A stretch of 64,000 nucleotides of DNA from an uncultured bacterium (GCA_903882905.1 CAIRYW010000027.1:1031-65030); one strand, 5' to 3'; positions 28,731-38,820 are shown, counted from the stretch's first letter. Translations and numbers: made by a program. Notes: a model not told the origin generated them from the sequence alone.

Positions 28731-29351
28731 ATGAAATTCGCCCTAGCAAAAAAAATAAATATGACAAATCTTTTCGATAAAGACGGAAAGGTTCATGTGG
28801 TCACAGCTGTAGAAGCTACACCTTCTTTTGTAGTTCAAGTTAAGACAGCAAAAAAAGATGGTTACTCTGCAGTTCAGCTAGGTTTTGGTGAAAGAAAGAA
28901 AAAAAATATTGCTAAACCACAGCTTGGACACATGAAAGAAATTGGAGCTTTTGAAGTTCTAAGAGAATTCAGAACAAAAGATACTGATACAGCTATGACA
29001 GCTGGAGACAAAATTACACCAGTTGAAATCTTTGCAGAAGGTGATGCAATCACAGTCTCAGGGGTTACAAAAGGAAAAGGTTTTCAAGGTGTAGTTAAGA
29101 GACATAATTTCAAAGGAGGTCCAAGAAGTCATGGACAAAAGCACTCTGAAAGAGAACCAGGATCAATTTCAGGAGGAACAAGAGAAGGAGGTAGAGTTCC
29201 AAAGGGAATGAGAATGGCCGGCAGAATGGGAAGCAACAAAATTACAATCAAAGGATTGAATGTGGTTGCAATCGACAAAGATAATTCAATTATTTACATC
29301 AAAGGTGCAGTACCTGGAAGAAAAGGAACACTTCTTGAAATAAAAGGCTAA
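28731..29351 (+). CDS. rplC: 50S ribosomal protein L3
   Basis: KGKGFQGVVKRH, MAGRMG. Confidence 0.96.
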   Translation: MKFALAKKINMTNLFDKDGKVHVVTAVEATPSFVVQVKTAKKDGYSAVQLGFGERKKKNIAKPQLGHMKEIGAFEVLREFRTKDTDTAMTAGDKITPVEIFAEGDAITVSGVTKGKGFQGVVKRHNFKGGPRSHGQKHSEREPGSISGGTREGGRVPKGMRMAGRMGSNKITIKGLNVVAIDKDNSIIYIKGAVPGRKGTLLEIKG

Positions 29352-29360
29352 ACCACGACT

Positions 29361-30026
29361 ATGGCAAACGTAAAAACATACACATCAAAAGGAAAAGAAT
29401 CAGGAGAAATCACACTTCCAGAAAAAGTATTCGGTGTTAAGTGGAATGCAAACTTGGTTCACCAAGTTATAACTTCTCTCATGTCATCAAAAAGAAATGG
29501 TACAGCACACGCAAAGACAAGAGGTGAAGTAAGAGGAGGAGGAAAGAAACCTTGGAAACAAAAGGGTACAGGACGCGCAAGACACGGTTCATCAAGATCA
29601 CCTATCTGGGTTGGTGGAGGAACTACACACGGTCCAAGAAACGACAAAAATTACGATAGAAAAGTAAACGTTAAGCAGAATGCAAAAGCATTGGCTTCAA
29701 TTCTTTCTGCAAAACTTCGTGATGGAGAAATAATCTTCGTTGACGAAATTAGTTTCAAAGCTCCAAAGACAAAGGATGCAAGAGACGTGATGATCAATCT
29801 TGCAAAAATTAAAGGATTTGAAAGATTGAGTAAAAAAACAAATGCTGCATTGATTGCACTTTCTGGAAAAAGTCAGGAAGTTGAAAAAAGTTTCAGAAAT
29901 ATTGGAAGTGTTTCAGTTCTTGAGACAAGAAACATCAATCCAATTGAAGCACTGAAATACAAATATATTTTGATTGAAAATCCAACAAAGTCAGTAAAAA
30001 TCTTAGAAGATAGAATTTCAAAATAA
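29361..30026 (+). CDS. rplD: 50S ribosomal protein L4
   Basis: KPWKQKGTGRARHG. Confidence 0.96.
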   Translation: MANVKTYTSKGKESGEITLPEKVFGVKWNANLVHQVITSLMSSKRNGTAHAKTRGEVRGGGKKPWKQKGTGRARHGSSRSPIWVGGGTTHGPRNDKNYDRKVNVKQNAKALASILSAKLRDGEIIFVDEISFKAPKTKDARDVMINLAKIKGFERLSKKTNAALIALSGKSQEVEKSFRNIGSVSVLETRNINPIEALKYKYILIENPTKSVKILEDRISK

Positions 30027-30031
30027 ACAGT

Positions 30032-30313
30032 ATGAAAAAAGAACCATCACAAATTGTCTCAAGACCAAGAATAACCGAAAAATCAGCTTTTGGTGTAGAG
30101 AAAGGAGTTTATACTTTTGAAGTTTCAAAAGATTCAAACAAGGAATCAATCAAACAAGCAATCAAAGTCTTGTACAAAGTGAATCCGAGAAAAATTGCTA
30201 TTGTAAAATTACCTTCAAAAAAAGTTTTTTCAAGAGGAAAAAATGGAAAACAATCAGCAATTAAAAAAGCTTACGTTTTTCTAAAAAAAGGAGAGAAGAT
30301 TGATTTGGCATAA
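30032..30313 (+). CDS. rplW: 50S ribosomal protein L23
   Basis: PRITEKS, KKAYVFL; operon position. Confidence 0.94.
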   Translation: MKKEPSQIVSRPRITEKSAFGVEKGVYTFEVSKDSNKESIKQAIKVLYKVNPRKIAIVKLPSKKVFSRGKNGKQSAIKKAYVFLKKGEKIDLA

Positions 30314-30327
30314 TAATTTTTAATAAT

Positions 30328-31170
30328 ATGAAAAGCTACAGACCATACACAAAATCAAGAAGACACATGACGAACGTTTCTTTTAGAGGCGTTTTGACTA
30401 CGAATGAACCCACAAAATCTTTGACAAAAGGTTTCCAGAGATCAGTTGGTAGAAATAACTTGGGAAGAGTAACAACTCGCCACAAGGGAGGAGGTCACAA
30501 AAGACTTTTCAGAGATGTTGATTTTACTTACAACAAAAAAGATATCCCAGCTAAAATTGCATCAATAGAATACGATCCAAACAGATCAGGTTTCATTGGA
30601 CTTGCAGTTTATCGCGACGGAGAAAAAAGATATATTCTTATTCCAAAATCAGTAAAAGTTGGTGATACTTTTGTAGTTTCAGAAAAAACAGACATCAAAC
30701 CAGGAAACAGAATGAGCTTGAAAAACATTCCTGTAGGTGCTTTTGTTTATAACATTGAAATTAAACAAAATGGAGGAGCAAAACTTGCAAGATCAGCTGG
30801 AATTTATGCTGAAGTTGTTGCTCAAGATGAAGGATTTACTTCAATTAAAATGCCATCAACTGAAGTTAGAAAAATTGTTGACGCTTGTTTTGCCTCACTA
30901 GGTGAAGTATCAAACGAAGAACACCATCTTCGAAACTTCGGAAAAGCTGGAAGAAGCAGATGGATGGGTATCAAACCAACCGTTCGCGGAACTGCTATGA
31001 ATCCAGTAGACCACCCATACGGAGGAGGAGAAGGAAGACAAGGACGAGGAACACGAAGAGCAAAATCAGTTTACGGAAAGCCAACAGGAAAGGGACAGAA
31101 ATCAAGAACACCAAAGAAATACTCAAACAAATTCATTGTTTCAAGAAGAGTTGTTGGGAAGAAACGATAA
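30328..31170 (+). CDS. rplB: 50S ribosomal protein L2
   Basis: IEYDPNRS, AMNPVDHPYGGGEG. Confidence 0.97.
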   Translation: MKSYRPYTKSRRHMTNVSFRGVLTTNEPTKSLTKGFQRSVGRNNLGRVTTRHKGGGHKRLFRDVDFTYNKKDIPAKIASIEYDPNRSGFIGLAVYRDGEKRYILIPKSVKVGDTFVVSEKTDIKPGNRMSLKNIPVGAFVYNIEIKQNGGAKLARSAGIYAEVVAQDEGFTSIKMPSTEVRKIVDACFASLGEVSNEEHHLRNFGKAGRSRWMGIKPTVRGTAMNPVDHPYGGGEGRQGRGTRRAKSVYGKPTGKGQKSRTPKKYSNKFIVSRRVVGKKR

Positions 31171-31176
31171 TAAATC

Positions 31177-31219
31177 TTTTGGAGGTAATTCCTCCTCTTG
31201 AGAGGTTTTTCCTCCAAAA
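31177..31219. repeat. double-hairpin REP-like element
   Basis: ttttggagg-taatt-cctcctcttgagagg-ttttt-cctccaaaa. Confidence 0.75.
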
Positions 31220-31254
31220 ATTGTCCTCTCGAAAATTTTTTGACGAAATAACAG

Positions 31255-31283
31255 GAAAGCCCCGCCTCCGGCGGGGCTTTCCT
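31255..31283 (+). terminator. terminator-like hairpin after rplB
   Basis: aaagccccgcc-tcc-ggcggggcttt. Confidence 0.65.
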
Positions 31284-31389
31284 TATATTTGTACCAATTT
31301 ATGGTTTTCGACACCACATAATCACGAATTTTAACTAATTTTGTTTAAATTTTATCTTAATATCGTGAAAATTAGCCTTTTTTCTCTGT

Positions 31390-31431
31390 TTTTCACGATT
31401 ATGTTGACAATATCGTGAAAAGGACTATAAT
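31390..31431 (+). promoter_or_regulatory. fic promoter with an inverted-repeat operator around the -35
   Basis: ttttcacgat..TTGACA..atcgtgaaaa; TATAAT at 31426; ATG at 31438. Confidence 0.7.
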
Positions 31432-31437
31432 TTCATT

Positions 31438-32310
31438 ATGGCAAATACATTAAATGCTTTAAATAAAATCAAAAATCTAAGGGAAAGGTATTACAAAGTA
31501 TCAACTGGCAAAGAATCTTTATTAAAACTTATAAGCGAGACAGAAATTCCTGAACAAGTTTATAACTCTAACGCTATAGAAAACAGCACTCTTTCTCTTG
31601 AGGAGACAGAAAAAATACTTTTACAAATTGATCTTGATCGCTATATCTCAGAGCGAGAAATATTTGAAGCAAAAAATCTTGCACGAGTTGTTTCATATAC
31701 AGAAAAAAAAGCCAAAGAGCAAGAGCTTACTCTTGATGTCATTTTATCACTTCATAAAATGCTTATTTCAAATATTCGAGATGATATTGCTGGAAGATTT
31801 CGTATTAATAATGAATATGTTCGTGTTGGAAGCCATATTGCTCCAAAGCCAGCGGAAGTAATATCTCGATTAGAAAAAACAATTGCAGAATATAATGCCT
31901 CGAGCCATGAAAATATTGTGAAGCGTATTGCAAGATTGCATTTAGAGTTTGAATACACACATCCATTTTGTGACGGAAACGGAAGAATTGGTCGTGTTAT
32001 AAATAATTATTTACTTATACGAGAAGGATTTGTACCGATTAATATTAAATTCATCGATAGAAAAAAATATTATGATGCATTCAGAGAGTTTGATGAAAAA
32101 GGTAGTGCATCAATAATGGAGGAAATTGTTGCAAAAGCTATTACGAATAGTTATCACAAGAGACTTGCTTATTTAGAGGAAAAAGAGATTGTAACTCTTT
32201 TTGAATATTCCAAAAGAAAAAAAATATCTCATTCAAATTTAATTAATAAAGCAAATCGACAAACTATTGAAGCTTTTCTCGAAAAAGGTATTTGGAAAAT
32301 TGGTATTTAA
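31438..32310 (+). CDS. Fic family protein (intact HPFxDGNGR motif)
   Basis: HPFCDGNGRIGR; N-terminal SNAIEN inhibitory-helix motif; small HTH-like C-terminus. Confidence 0.92.
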   Translation: MANTLNALNKIKNLRERYYKVSTGKESLLKLISETEIPEQVYNSNAIENSTLSLEETEKILLQIDLDRYISEREIFEAKNLARVVSYTEKKAKEQELTLDVILSLHKMLISNIRDDIAGRFRINNEYVRVGSHIAPKPAEVISRLEKTIAEYNASSHENIVKRIARLHLEFEYTHPFCDGNGRIGRVINNYLLIREGFVPINIKFIDRKKYYDAFREFDEKGSASIMEEIVAKAITNSYHKRLAYLEEKEIVTLFEYSKRKKISHSNLINKANRQTIEAFLEKGIWKIGI

Positions 32311-32364
32311 AAACCACTAATCACTATCCATTACACCCGCACACTATCTACTATATTCAATCCA

Positions 32365-32393
32365 TTGCTTTTATCTGTGGGGGGGGGTAAAAT
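32365..32393 (+). promoter_or_regulatory. promoter with a G9 tract in the -35/-10 spacer
   Basis: TTGCTT - ttatctgtGGGGGGGGG (17 nt) - TAAAAT, 6 nt before ATG 32400. Confidence 0.65.
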
Positions 32394-32399
32394 CTAACT

Positions 32400-32855
32400 A
32401 TGTTAAAAAACTTTTTCTTAGACTGGAAGGGAAAATTATTATTAATTTGTTTACTAGGTATTGGAGGATCAGTTTTATATTTTTCAGATACTCAAATTTC
32501 TAATGCCCAAGCAATGGGAGGTGGGGGATATAGTTGTCCTCCTCCCACTGTTGGTTGGAATGGGACATGTATTTGTCCTGTGGGGGCTGATGCAGCACTT
32601 CAAAAAAGATGCGACCAAGCTCTTCAGGGTAATAAAACTATTGATGCACCCACAAAAAGAATTCCTATCACATCTATAGCTCCTACTTTAAAATCACAAT
32701 GGAGTTATAACGTAAGTTTTGATGCCAATGATTTTAAAGCTGCCCCAACTGATGCACATGGTAATCCTTATGGTTCTAGCCGTATTCCCTCATTGAGTAA
32801 TGTTATAGATTTTAAGAATCTAACGATCGGTATTGTTGTGGGAGTTAAATTTTAA
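32400..32855 (+). CDS. secreted or membrane-anchored Cys-containing hypothetical protein
   Basis: N-terminal hydrophobic segment, 4 Cys in the mature part. Confidence 0.65.
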   Translation: MLKNFFLDWKGKLLLICLLGIGGSVLYFSDTQISNAQAMGGGGYSCPPPTVGWNGTCICPVGADAALQKRCDQALQGNKTIDAPTKRIPITSIAPTLKSQWSYNVSFDANDFKAAPTDAHGNPYGSSRIPSLSNVIDFKNLTIGIVVGVKF

Positions 32856-32866
32856 TTTAATAAAAA

Positions 32867-34165
32867 ATGAAAAATAATTATTCAAAATTAGTTTCAATAG
32901 CAACCCTTGTTTTATGTATCTTAGTATTTCCATCTTTATCTTCTGCTCAAACCGTTAATAATTTCTCCGTTAAAAATCTAAATTATTATTATGGTACAGA
33001 CCCAAAAACCAAAATAAAAGATGCGGTGGTGACTTTTGATTTAGATATAACCGCAACAAGTTCAGACTTCAAGTTCTACAAAGACGGACTTGCGGTCATT
33101 AGTTCTGCAAGTTCTGTGGGGGATACAAGTATACAGACCTATACACCAAACATGGTTGATAATGGTAGTTATTATACGATTCATGCGGGAGATACAGGGA
33201 CTTTAAACATTATGACCACGTGGGACGCAAAATACGTACCCGTACTTAATTCTTCAACAAAGTTCTATTTTGCTTTTTCTGAAAAAAATCTTCCTATTAC
33301 TATACCACCAATCACCATCCTCACCCCAACCAATGGAACCAACTGGAAGATAGGATCAAATCAATCATTTGTACTTGCGAAGAATAACATCCCAACAACT
33401 GCCTATATGCAAGTGAGTCTTACACCATCTTCTGGTGGTTTTGGTGCCATGCTCTCAATTTCTCTAACAAATTCTAGTTCTAACACTAACTTTCCGTTTG
33501 CTGTGCCAACAAGTCTCCAATCAGGAGGACTTTTAAGACAACTTACTCCCGGAGCATATAAATTAAAAGTAGTTTTCTATGATAAAGGTTTTTGTTCATC
33601 TTGTGGTCAACCCGCAACTAATATCATAGGACAATCAGATGGTAATTTAACTGTAAATATTTTAGCTGCAAGCTGTACACCAAAACCAACTCTGAATTGT
33701 ACGGCAGATTATAGTCCAGTTTGTGGTTCTGATGGAAAAACCTATGGTAATGCTTGCCAAGCTACAAAATTATGTGTGACGTATACAAACGGAGCTTGTG
33801 CTCCTGCACCATCTCCCACCCCAACCACTACTCCAACTCCTACTCCAACACCTTTACCATCTCCTTCTCTCGGACAATGTTATTCTGCAACACCTAAAAA
33901 TTATCCAGCTTGTTGCAATATAAATAATGATTCAAGTGCAAAATCTATTTGGCAATCTGGGGTTGCAGGTAACTGGGCGAAGTTTCCAAAAAGTTGTAGT
34001 GAGTATCCCGGTTATACAATTACGCCATCAAAAACAATAACTCCTCCAGCACTCAACACAATTTCTTTGAATCAAAACAGCGCACCAACTCAAACCGCAA
34101 GTGCATATGATTCTATTAAGATTCTTCTCAATCAGATTTCAAACACTTTGGATTCTCTAAAATAA
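32867..34165 (+). CDS. secreted protein with Kazal-type domain and Pro/Thr linker
   Basis: Signal peptide ending SSA; CTADYSPVCGSDGKTYGNAC; PTPTPTP. Confidence 0.8.
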   Translation: MKNNYSKLVSIATLVLCILVFPSLSSAQTVNNFSVKNLNYYYGTDPKTKIKDAVVTFDLDITATSSDFKFYKDGLAVISSASSVGDTSIQTYTPNMVDNGSYYTIHAGDTGTLNIMTTWDAKYVPVLNSSTKFYFAFSEKNLPITIPPITILTPTNGTNWKIGSNQSFVLAKNNIPTTAYMQVSLTPSSGGFGAMLSISLTNSSSNTNFPFAVPTSLQSGGLLRQLTPGAYKLKVVFYDKGFCSSCGQPATNIIGQSDGNLTVNILAASCTPKPTLNCTADYSPVCGSDGKTYGNACQATKLCVTYTNGACAPAPSPTPTTTPTPTPTPLPSPSLGQCYSATPKNYPACCNINNDSSAKSIWQSGVAGNWAKFPKSCSEYPGYTITPSKTITPPALNTISLNQNSAPTQTASAYDSIKILLNQISNTLDSLK

Positions 34166-34256
34166 AAATAAAGATTAAATCGAAGTAGTATCAAAAAACA
34201 AAAAACCGCCAAAAAACGGTTTTTTGTTTTTTGATAATTATGAGATAATTTTACTA

Positions 34257-35993
34257 ATGAATTCAAAGAATTTATTTAGATCGTCTTTAATTACATTTTC
34301 TCTTTTTGTTATTTTCTCTTTTCTTCTTATTCCAAAAACTGCTTCTGCGGATAATGGTTTTTTTAGTTTTTTAAATTCTTTTTTTCCACAATCAAGTCAA
34401 TCACAGACTCCTTCTTTAAGTAGTGAAGATTTAGCAAAACTTATTCAACCTTCAATTGTACGTATTGTCAGAGAGACAAAAGGTAATGTTGTTTTACATT
34501 CCGATTTTGCTCTTGATTACTTGAATCTAAAGGTTCTGACTGTACCCTTAAGTAAACCAATTAATATTCCTGTTGACGATATAGTTACTGGAACTGGTTT
34601 CATGATTACTCCAGAAGGACACATAATGTCTAATTCGCACGTTGTTTCAAGTCAAGAATCTGTCAATAATGTAGTAGCCCAGTTAATACTCTATCTAATT
34701 AAAAAAGATGGATCCAAACTTACCGTTGATGAGCAAAATACAATAATTAATAATGCAAGCAGTACTGAAGGATTAAAAGCATATGAAAAATTAGGAACAG
34801 ATTTAACAGATTCAATGTTGAAGGATGTTACTCTTGAGGCAACTACTACAATTACTGTCTTAAATCCAAAATCCACTGCAGATAATTTAGCGGATTTTAT
34901 TAAAGACGGATTTCCAGCAACAGTTGTTAGTGTAAATGATAATTTTTCAAAAGATCAAAGAGATGTTGCTATAATAAAGATTAATAAGGATAATCTCCCT
35001 GCCATTCCGGTTTCAAGTGATGTTTCGACTTCAAGTTTAGTTACGGGCCAAAAAATATTTGCTTTTGGTTTTCCTTCTACGGCAGATCTTAATAAAAAAC
35101 TTGGACATGATATTGTCGTGCCAACATATACTTCTGGCACCATAAGCGCATTAAAATCCTCTGATGCTGGAGATTTTCAAATAATTGAAACAGATACAAA
35201 AATATCTTCTGGTTCGAGTGGAAGCCCGGCTTTTGATGAAAATGGAAATGTGATTGGAATCATGACATATGCAACAAGCAATTCAGATAGTAACGGCGAT
35301 ACTTTTGCTTTCGCCTTACCAATTGGAGTAATCAAGCCAATTGTTGATAGCGCTAATGTTATTTCTGGACCAGGGGCTCTCTATGAGCACTTTACAAAGG
35401 GTCTAAATTTACTTTCAAAAAAACATTGTGCATTGGCAATAACTGAATTTGAATCAGCAAAAAATACTAATGGAGAATTTCCTGTTAATACAAGTTTCAT
35501 TGATTCATATATGAATCAATGTAAGACAATGCAAGCTAATGGATTAGCTCTTGATACAGAGCAGCAGCAGTTTCTTCAAAACATAAAACCTTATCAATTA
35601 TGGGTTCCAGTTTTGTTAGTAATATTTATTTTCGTAATATGCCTTATCTTTGTAATTGTTTTCTTTTCAAAAAAAATGAAAAAAGAAGAAGAGGAAATAT
35701 ACGCACTAAGAGCTAGAGGTCAAATGTCATCAGTTAGTGTTCCGCCGACAATAACTCCTGTTCTGATTCCAAAAGTTGAAGTAAAAGTTGAAAAAAAGCC
35801 AGAAGAAGTTAGTGTAGAAAAAAATACACCGCCAGCTGTAAAAGGGAGGGTAGAAATGATAGTAGATTATATAAATAAGAGTAAGACAGAGAATAAAGAA
35901 CTTGGATTAACTGTAATTGATCTAAGAAGCCAAGGATATAGCGATGATGAAATTCAGCAAGGATTTAATTTGGTAAATAAAGTAGACCTTTAA
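34257..35993 (+). CDS. membrane-anchored trypsin-like serine protease
   Basis: TGTGF, SNSHVV, RDVAIIKI, SGSSGSP; signal peptide and C-terminal TM segment. Confidence 0.88.
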   Translation: MNSKNLFRSSLITFSLFVIFSFLLIPKTASADNGFFSFLNSFFPQSSQSQTPSLSSEDLAKLIQPSIVRIVRETKGNVVLHSDFALDYLNLKVLTVPLSKPINIPVDDIVTGTGFMITPEGHIMSNSHVVSSQESVNNVVAQLILYLIKKDGSKLTVDEQNTIINNASSTEGLKAYEKLGTDLTDSMLKDVTLEATTTITVLNPKSTADNLADFIKDGFPATVVSVNDNFSKDQRDVAIIKINKDNLPAIPVSSDVSTSSLVTGQKIFAFGFPSTADLNKKLGHDIVVPTYTSGTISALKSSDAGDFQIIETDTKISSGSSGSPAFDENGNVIGIMTYATSNSDSNGDTFAFALPIGVIKPIVDSANVISGPGALYEHFTKGLNLLSKKHCALAITEFESAKNTNGEFPVNTSFIDSYMNQCKTMQANGLALDTEQQQFLQNIKPYQLWVPVLLVIFIFVICLIFVIVFFSKKMKKEEEEIYALRARGQMSSVSVPPTITPVLIPKVEVKVEKKPEEVSVEKNTPPAVKGRVEMIVDYINKSKTENKELGLTVIDLRSQGYSDDEIQQGFNLVNKVDL

Positions 35994-36008
35994 TTTCACT
36001 ACCCACAT

Positions 36009-36042
36009 TACCCAAGGACCGTCCTTGGGTAGTTTATCCACA
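36009..36042. repeat. CCAAGGAC palindrome followed by a DnaA box
   Basis: tacccaaggac-c-gtccttgggta then TTATCCACA. Confidence 0.7.
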
Positions 36043-36267
36043 GCACCTCTTATTTTCGCACCAGTAGGTGATACCCGGGAGCGGTATAAGTCGTTTCACT
36101 CCTAAGAAAATAAAGTCGTCCACAGGGTATTTATTGCTAATCATATTCCAAGCTAGTACTGAGACTAATTTGACACAAAGCTTAATTTTGTATAGTATTT
36201 AGCGCACGCTCTTACAAGGGCTATTTATTTTATTCTGACTATATAAGTCGGAACAAAAACTTAATTT

Positions 36268-36621
36268 ATGTCACGATCAGTCAAAAAAGGACCATATGTC
36301 GACGAAAAGCTTCTAAAGAAGATTGCCGGCAAAAAACCACAGGAATCTGGGGTTATTAAGACTTGGGCGAGAGCAAGCCAGATTGCACCAGAAATGGTGG
36401 GATTTATCTTTGGCGTCCACAACGGAAAATCACATATAGAAGTTTTTGTCACCGAGGATATGGTAGGTCACCGACTCGGTGAATTTTCTTTAACAAGAAA
36501 ATTCGTTAAACACGGAGGAAAAATGCAAAAAGAACAAGATTTAGCAAAGAAAGATGCTGAACTTGCAGCTGCAAAAAGTGCTAAAGCAGCAACCGAAACT
36601 CCAGTCGGAGCTAAAAAATAA
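36268..36621 (+). CDS. rpsS: 30S ribosomal protein S19
   Basis: [21 protein letters not shown]. Confidence 0.96.
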   Translation: MSRSVKKGPYVDEKLLKKIAGKKPQESGVIKTWARASQIAPEMVGFIFGVHNGKSHIEVFVTEDMVGHRLGEFSLTRKFVKHGGKMQKEQDLAKKDAELAAAKSAKAATETPVGAKK

Positions 36622-36626
36622 TCACC

Positions 36627-37019
36627 ATGACAGTCGCAACCCTAAAAAATTATCGCCAATCACCTAGAAAAGTTAGGCTAATTGCTGACTTAGTTCGAGG
36701 AAAATCAATCGATTCAGCCGAGAATATTTTGACTTTTGCTGTAAAAAGATCTTCTCCAGTGATTCTTAAACTGATCAAATCAGCTGTCGCGAATGCTACA
36801 AACAATTCTGGTGTTTCAAAGGAATCACTTTTCATTAAGACAATTACAGTGAATAAGGGTGTTGTTTTGAAGCGTTCAATGCCAAGAGCTCGTGGTTCTG
36901 CTTCAGCAATCCGCAAACACACAAGTATTGTCAAAGTTGAGCTTGGAATTAGAGAAGTAAAAGCTCCAAAACCAAAGGTTTTAAAAGCTAAAAACCCAAA
37001 GCTAGAAGCTAAGAATTAA
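36627..37019 (+). CDS. rplV: 50S ribosomal protein L22
   Basis: SPRKVRLIADLVRG, PRARG. Confidence 0.96.
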   Translation: MTVATLKNYRQSPRKVRLIADLVRGKSIDSAENILTFAVKRSSPVILKLIKSAVANATNNSGVSKESLFIKTITVNKGVVLKRSMPRARGSASAIRKHTSIVKVELGIREVKAPKPKVLKAKNPKLEAKN

Positions 37020-37023
37020 TAAC

Positions 37024-37686
37024 ATGTCACATACCGTTCATCCATATTCACATAGATTAGGAACAATCAGAGACTGGAAAAGTCGATGGTTTGCTGTAAA
37101 TTCAAAGTACCGTGAATTCCTAAAAGGTGACATTCTTCTTCGCGAACACCTAGAGAAAAAACTTAAAGGTATGTATGTTAGTGGCGTGGAAATCGAAAGA
37201 GGAGCAAAAACAATCAGAGTAGTTATCACAACTTCTCGTCCTGGAATTATTATCGGCAGAAATGGTGAATCAGCAGAAAAACTCAGAAAAGATATAAATA
37301 CTTTTTTGAACAGAAACAAACTTTCAACTGGTCAAGAATTAAAACTTGATGTAGAAGAAATTAAATCTCCAGAATCAAATGCAATGATTGTCGCAATGCT
37401 TATGGCAGAAGGTTTGGAGAAAAGAATGCCTTTCAGAAGAGTAATGAAGCAAACAGTTGAAAAAGTTATGGCAAATAGAGGAGTTGAAGGAGTAAAGATT
37501 TATTTAGGTGGACGATTGGGAGGTGCTGATATGGCAAGATCTGAGACTTTGAAGAAGGGAAGAATACCACTTCAGACAATTAGAGCTGATATTGATTATG
37601 CAGAATACAGAGCAACTATCCCTCAAGGCGATTTAGGTATAAAAGTTTGGATTTACAGAGGTGAAATTTTTAATAAAGAAAAATAA
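37024..37686 (+). CDS. rpsC: 30S ribosomal protein S3
   Basis: RPGIIIG, GRIPLQTIRADIDY. Confidence 0.96.
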   Translation: MSHTVHPYSHRLGTIRDWKSRWFAVNSKYREFLKGDILLREHLEKKLKGMYVSGVEIERGAKTIRVVITTSRPGIIIGRNGESAEKLRKDINTFLNRNKLSTGQELKLDVEEIKSPESNAMIVAMLMAEGLEKRMPFRRVMKQTVEKVMANRGVEGVKIYLGGRLGGADMARSETLKKGRIPLQTIRADIDYAEYRATIPQGDLGIKVWIYRGEIFNKEK

Positions 37687-37700
37687 TTTAATTTACTACC

Positions 37701-38120
37701 ATGTTATTCCCTAAAAAAGTAAAACACAGAAAATGGCAAAGTGCCCGAAGAAACTTTTCAAAGTTGAAAACTGAAACTCGTGGTACTACAGTTTCTTTTG
37801 GCTCACATGGCCTTAAAGCTACAGCTTATGCAAGAGTAAAATCAAATCAAATAGAATCAGCAAGAAAAGTTGTAGCAAGATCAATCGGAAAAACAGGCAA
37901 GATGTGGATTAGAATTTTCCCAGACAGACCATATACATCAAAACCGCCAGAAGTTCCCATGGGAAACGGAAAGGGGGATCCAGATGGATACTGTTTTGAG
38001 GTTTACCCAGGACGTGTCATTTTTGAAGTAGATGGTCTTGCAGAAAAAGACGCTAAGGAAGCTCTAAGAAAAGCTGGAACAAAACTTCCAATGAAAACTA
38101 AAATCTTCGCTCGAGTATAA
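37701..38120 (+). CDS. rplP: 50S ribosomal protein L16
   Basis: WIRIFPD, MGNGKG. Confidence 0.96.
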   Translation: MLFPKKVKHRKWQSARRNFSKLKTETRGTTVSFGSHGLKATAYARVKSNQIESARKVVARSIGKTGKMWIRIFPDRPYTSKPPEVPMGNGKGDPDGYCFEVYPGRVIFEVDGLAEKDAKEALRKAGTKLPMKTKIFARV

Positions 38121-38132
38121 CCAACAGAAAAG

Positions 38133-38375
38133 ATGAAAATTAACGAAATTAGACAAAAGAATAAAGAGCAAATAGAAAAGCTCATCCACGATCAAAGAGA
38201 AAAACTCAAGGATTTGATGTTTGGTTCTGCTGGAGCTCGTGAAAAAAATGTAAAACTTCAAAAGACTTTGAAAAAAGATATTGCAAGATTTATTACTGTT
38301 TTAAATGAAGTAAAGAAAGAAGTCGTAGTAGAAACAAAGAAAGCAGAGGTAAAAGTTAGTAAAATAAGGAGCTAG
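38133..38375 (+). CDS. rpmC: 50S ribosomal protein L29
   Basis: KKDIARFITVL; operon position. Confidence 0.88.
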   Translation: MKINEIRQKNKEQIEKLIHDQREKLKDLMFGSAGAREKNVKLQKTLKKDIARFITVLNEVKKEVVVETKKAEVKVSKIRS

Positions 38376-38562
38376 CGACTATATTTTACTAACCCTAACA
38401 AATTTTTTTAAACAAATTTACAAAATTATGAAAATCAATACCACATACAACATATTGAAAATAAAAATCAGTTTGCCAACTGATTTTTGTGGTGATTTAA
38501 ATAAAAAAACTTGCGAGGGTCATTATTTTACTAATTCACTACGCTCATAAGAAAAATATATG
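38355..38562 (+). repeat. three-hairpin intergenic element, copy 2 (rpmC-rpsQ)
   Basis: gttagtaaaata-AGGAGCTAGCGACTA-tattttactaac, then ccc..gggt stem, last hairpin covering the rpsQ ATG. Confidence 0.6.
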
Positions 38563-38820
38563 AAAATCAAATCAGAAAAAACAGTGAAAGTTTCAAAGGG
38601 CAAGATCCTAGAAGGAGTTGTCGTTTCAGATAAGATGAAAGATACTTGCAGTGTTGCTGTTGAACGTTATGTTAAGCTTCCAAAATACGGAAAATATGTC
38701 ACAAGAACAAAAAAGTATCTTGCTGACGACAAAGGAAACACAAAGAAAATTGGAGATAAAGTAACAATTCAGGAATGTTCACCGATTTCAAAGAGAAAGT
38801 CATTTAAAGTAATTAATTAA
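38560..38820 (+). CDS. rpsQ: 30S ribosomal protein S17
   Basis: GVVVSDKMKDT, PISKRK. Confidence 0.95.
   Translation: MKIKSEKTVKVSKGKILEGVVVSDKMKDTCSVAVERYVKLPKYGKYVTRTKKYLADDKGNTKKIGDKVTIQECSPISKRKSFKVIN

Noticed and set aside
32800-32855. Beta-barrel (BAM) signal at the C-terminus ...IGIVVGVKF
   Set aside because: The protein is short and there is no evidence for an outer membrane; a single strand-like tail is insufficient.
36062-36137. Imperfect stem-loop upstream of the rpsS promoter as a riboswitch or r-leader
   Set aside because: It lies upstream of the apparent promoter and matches no family I recognise.
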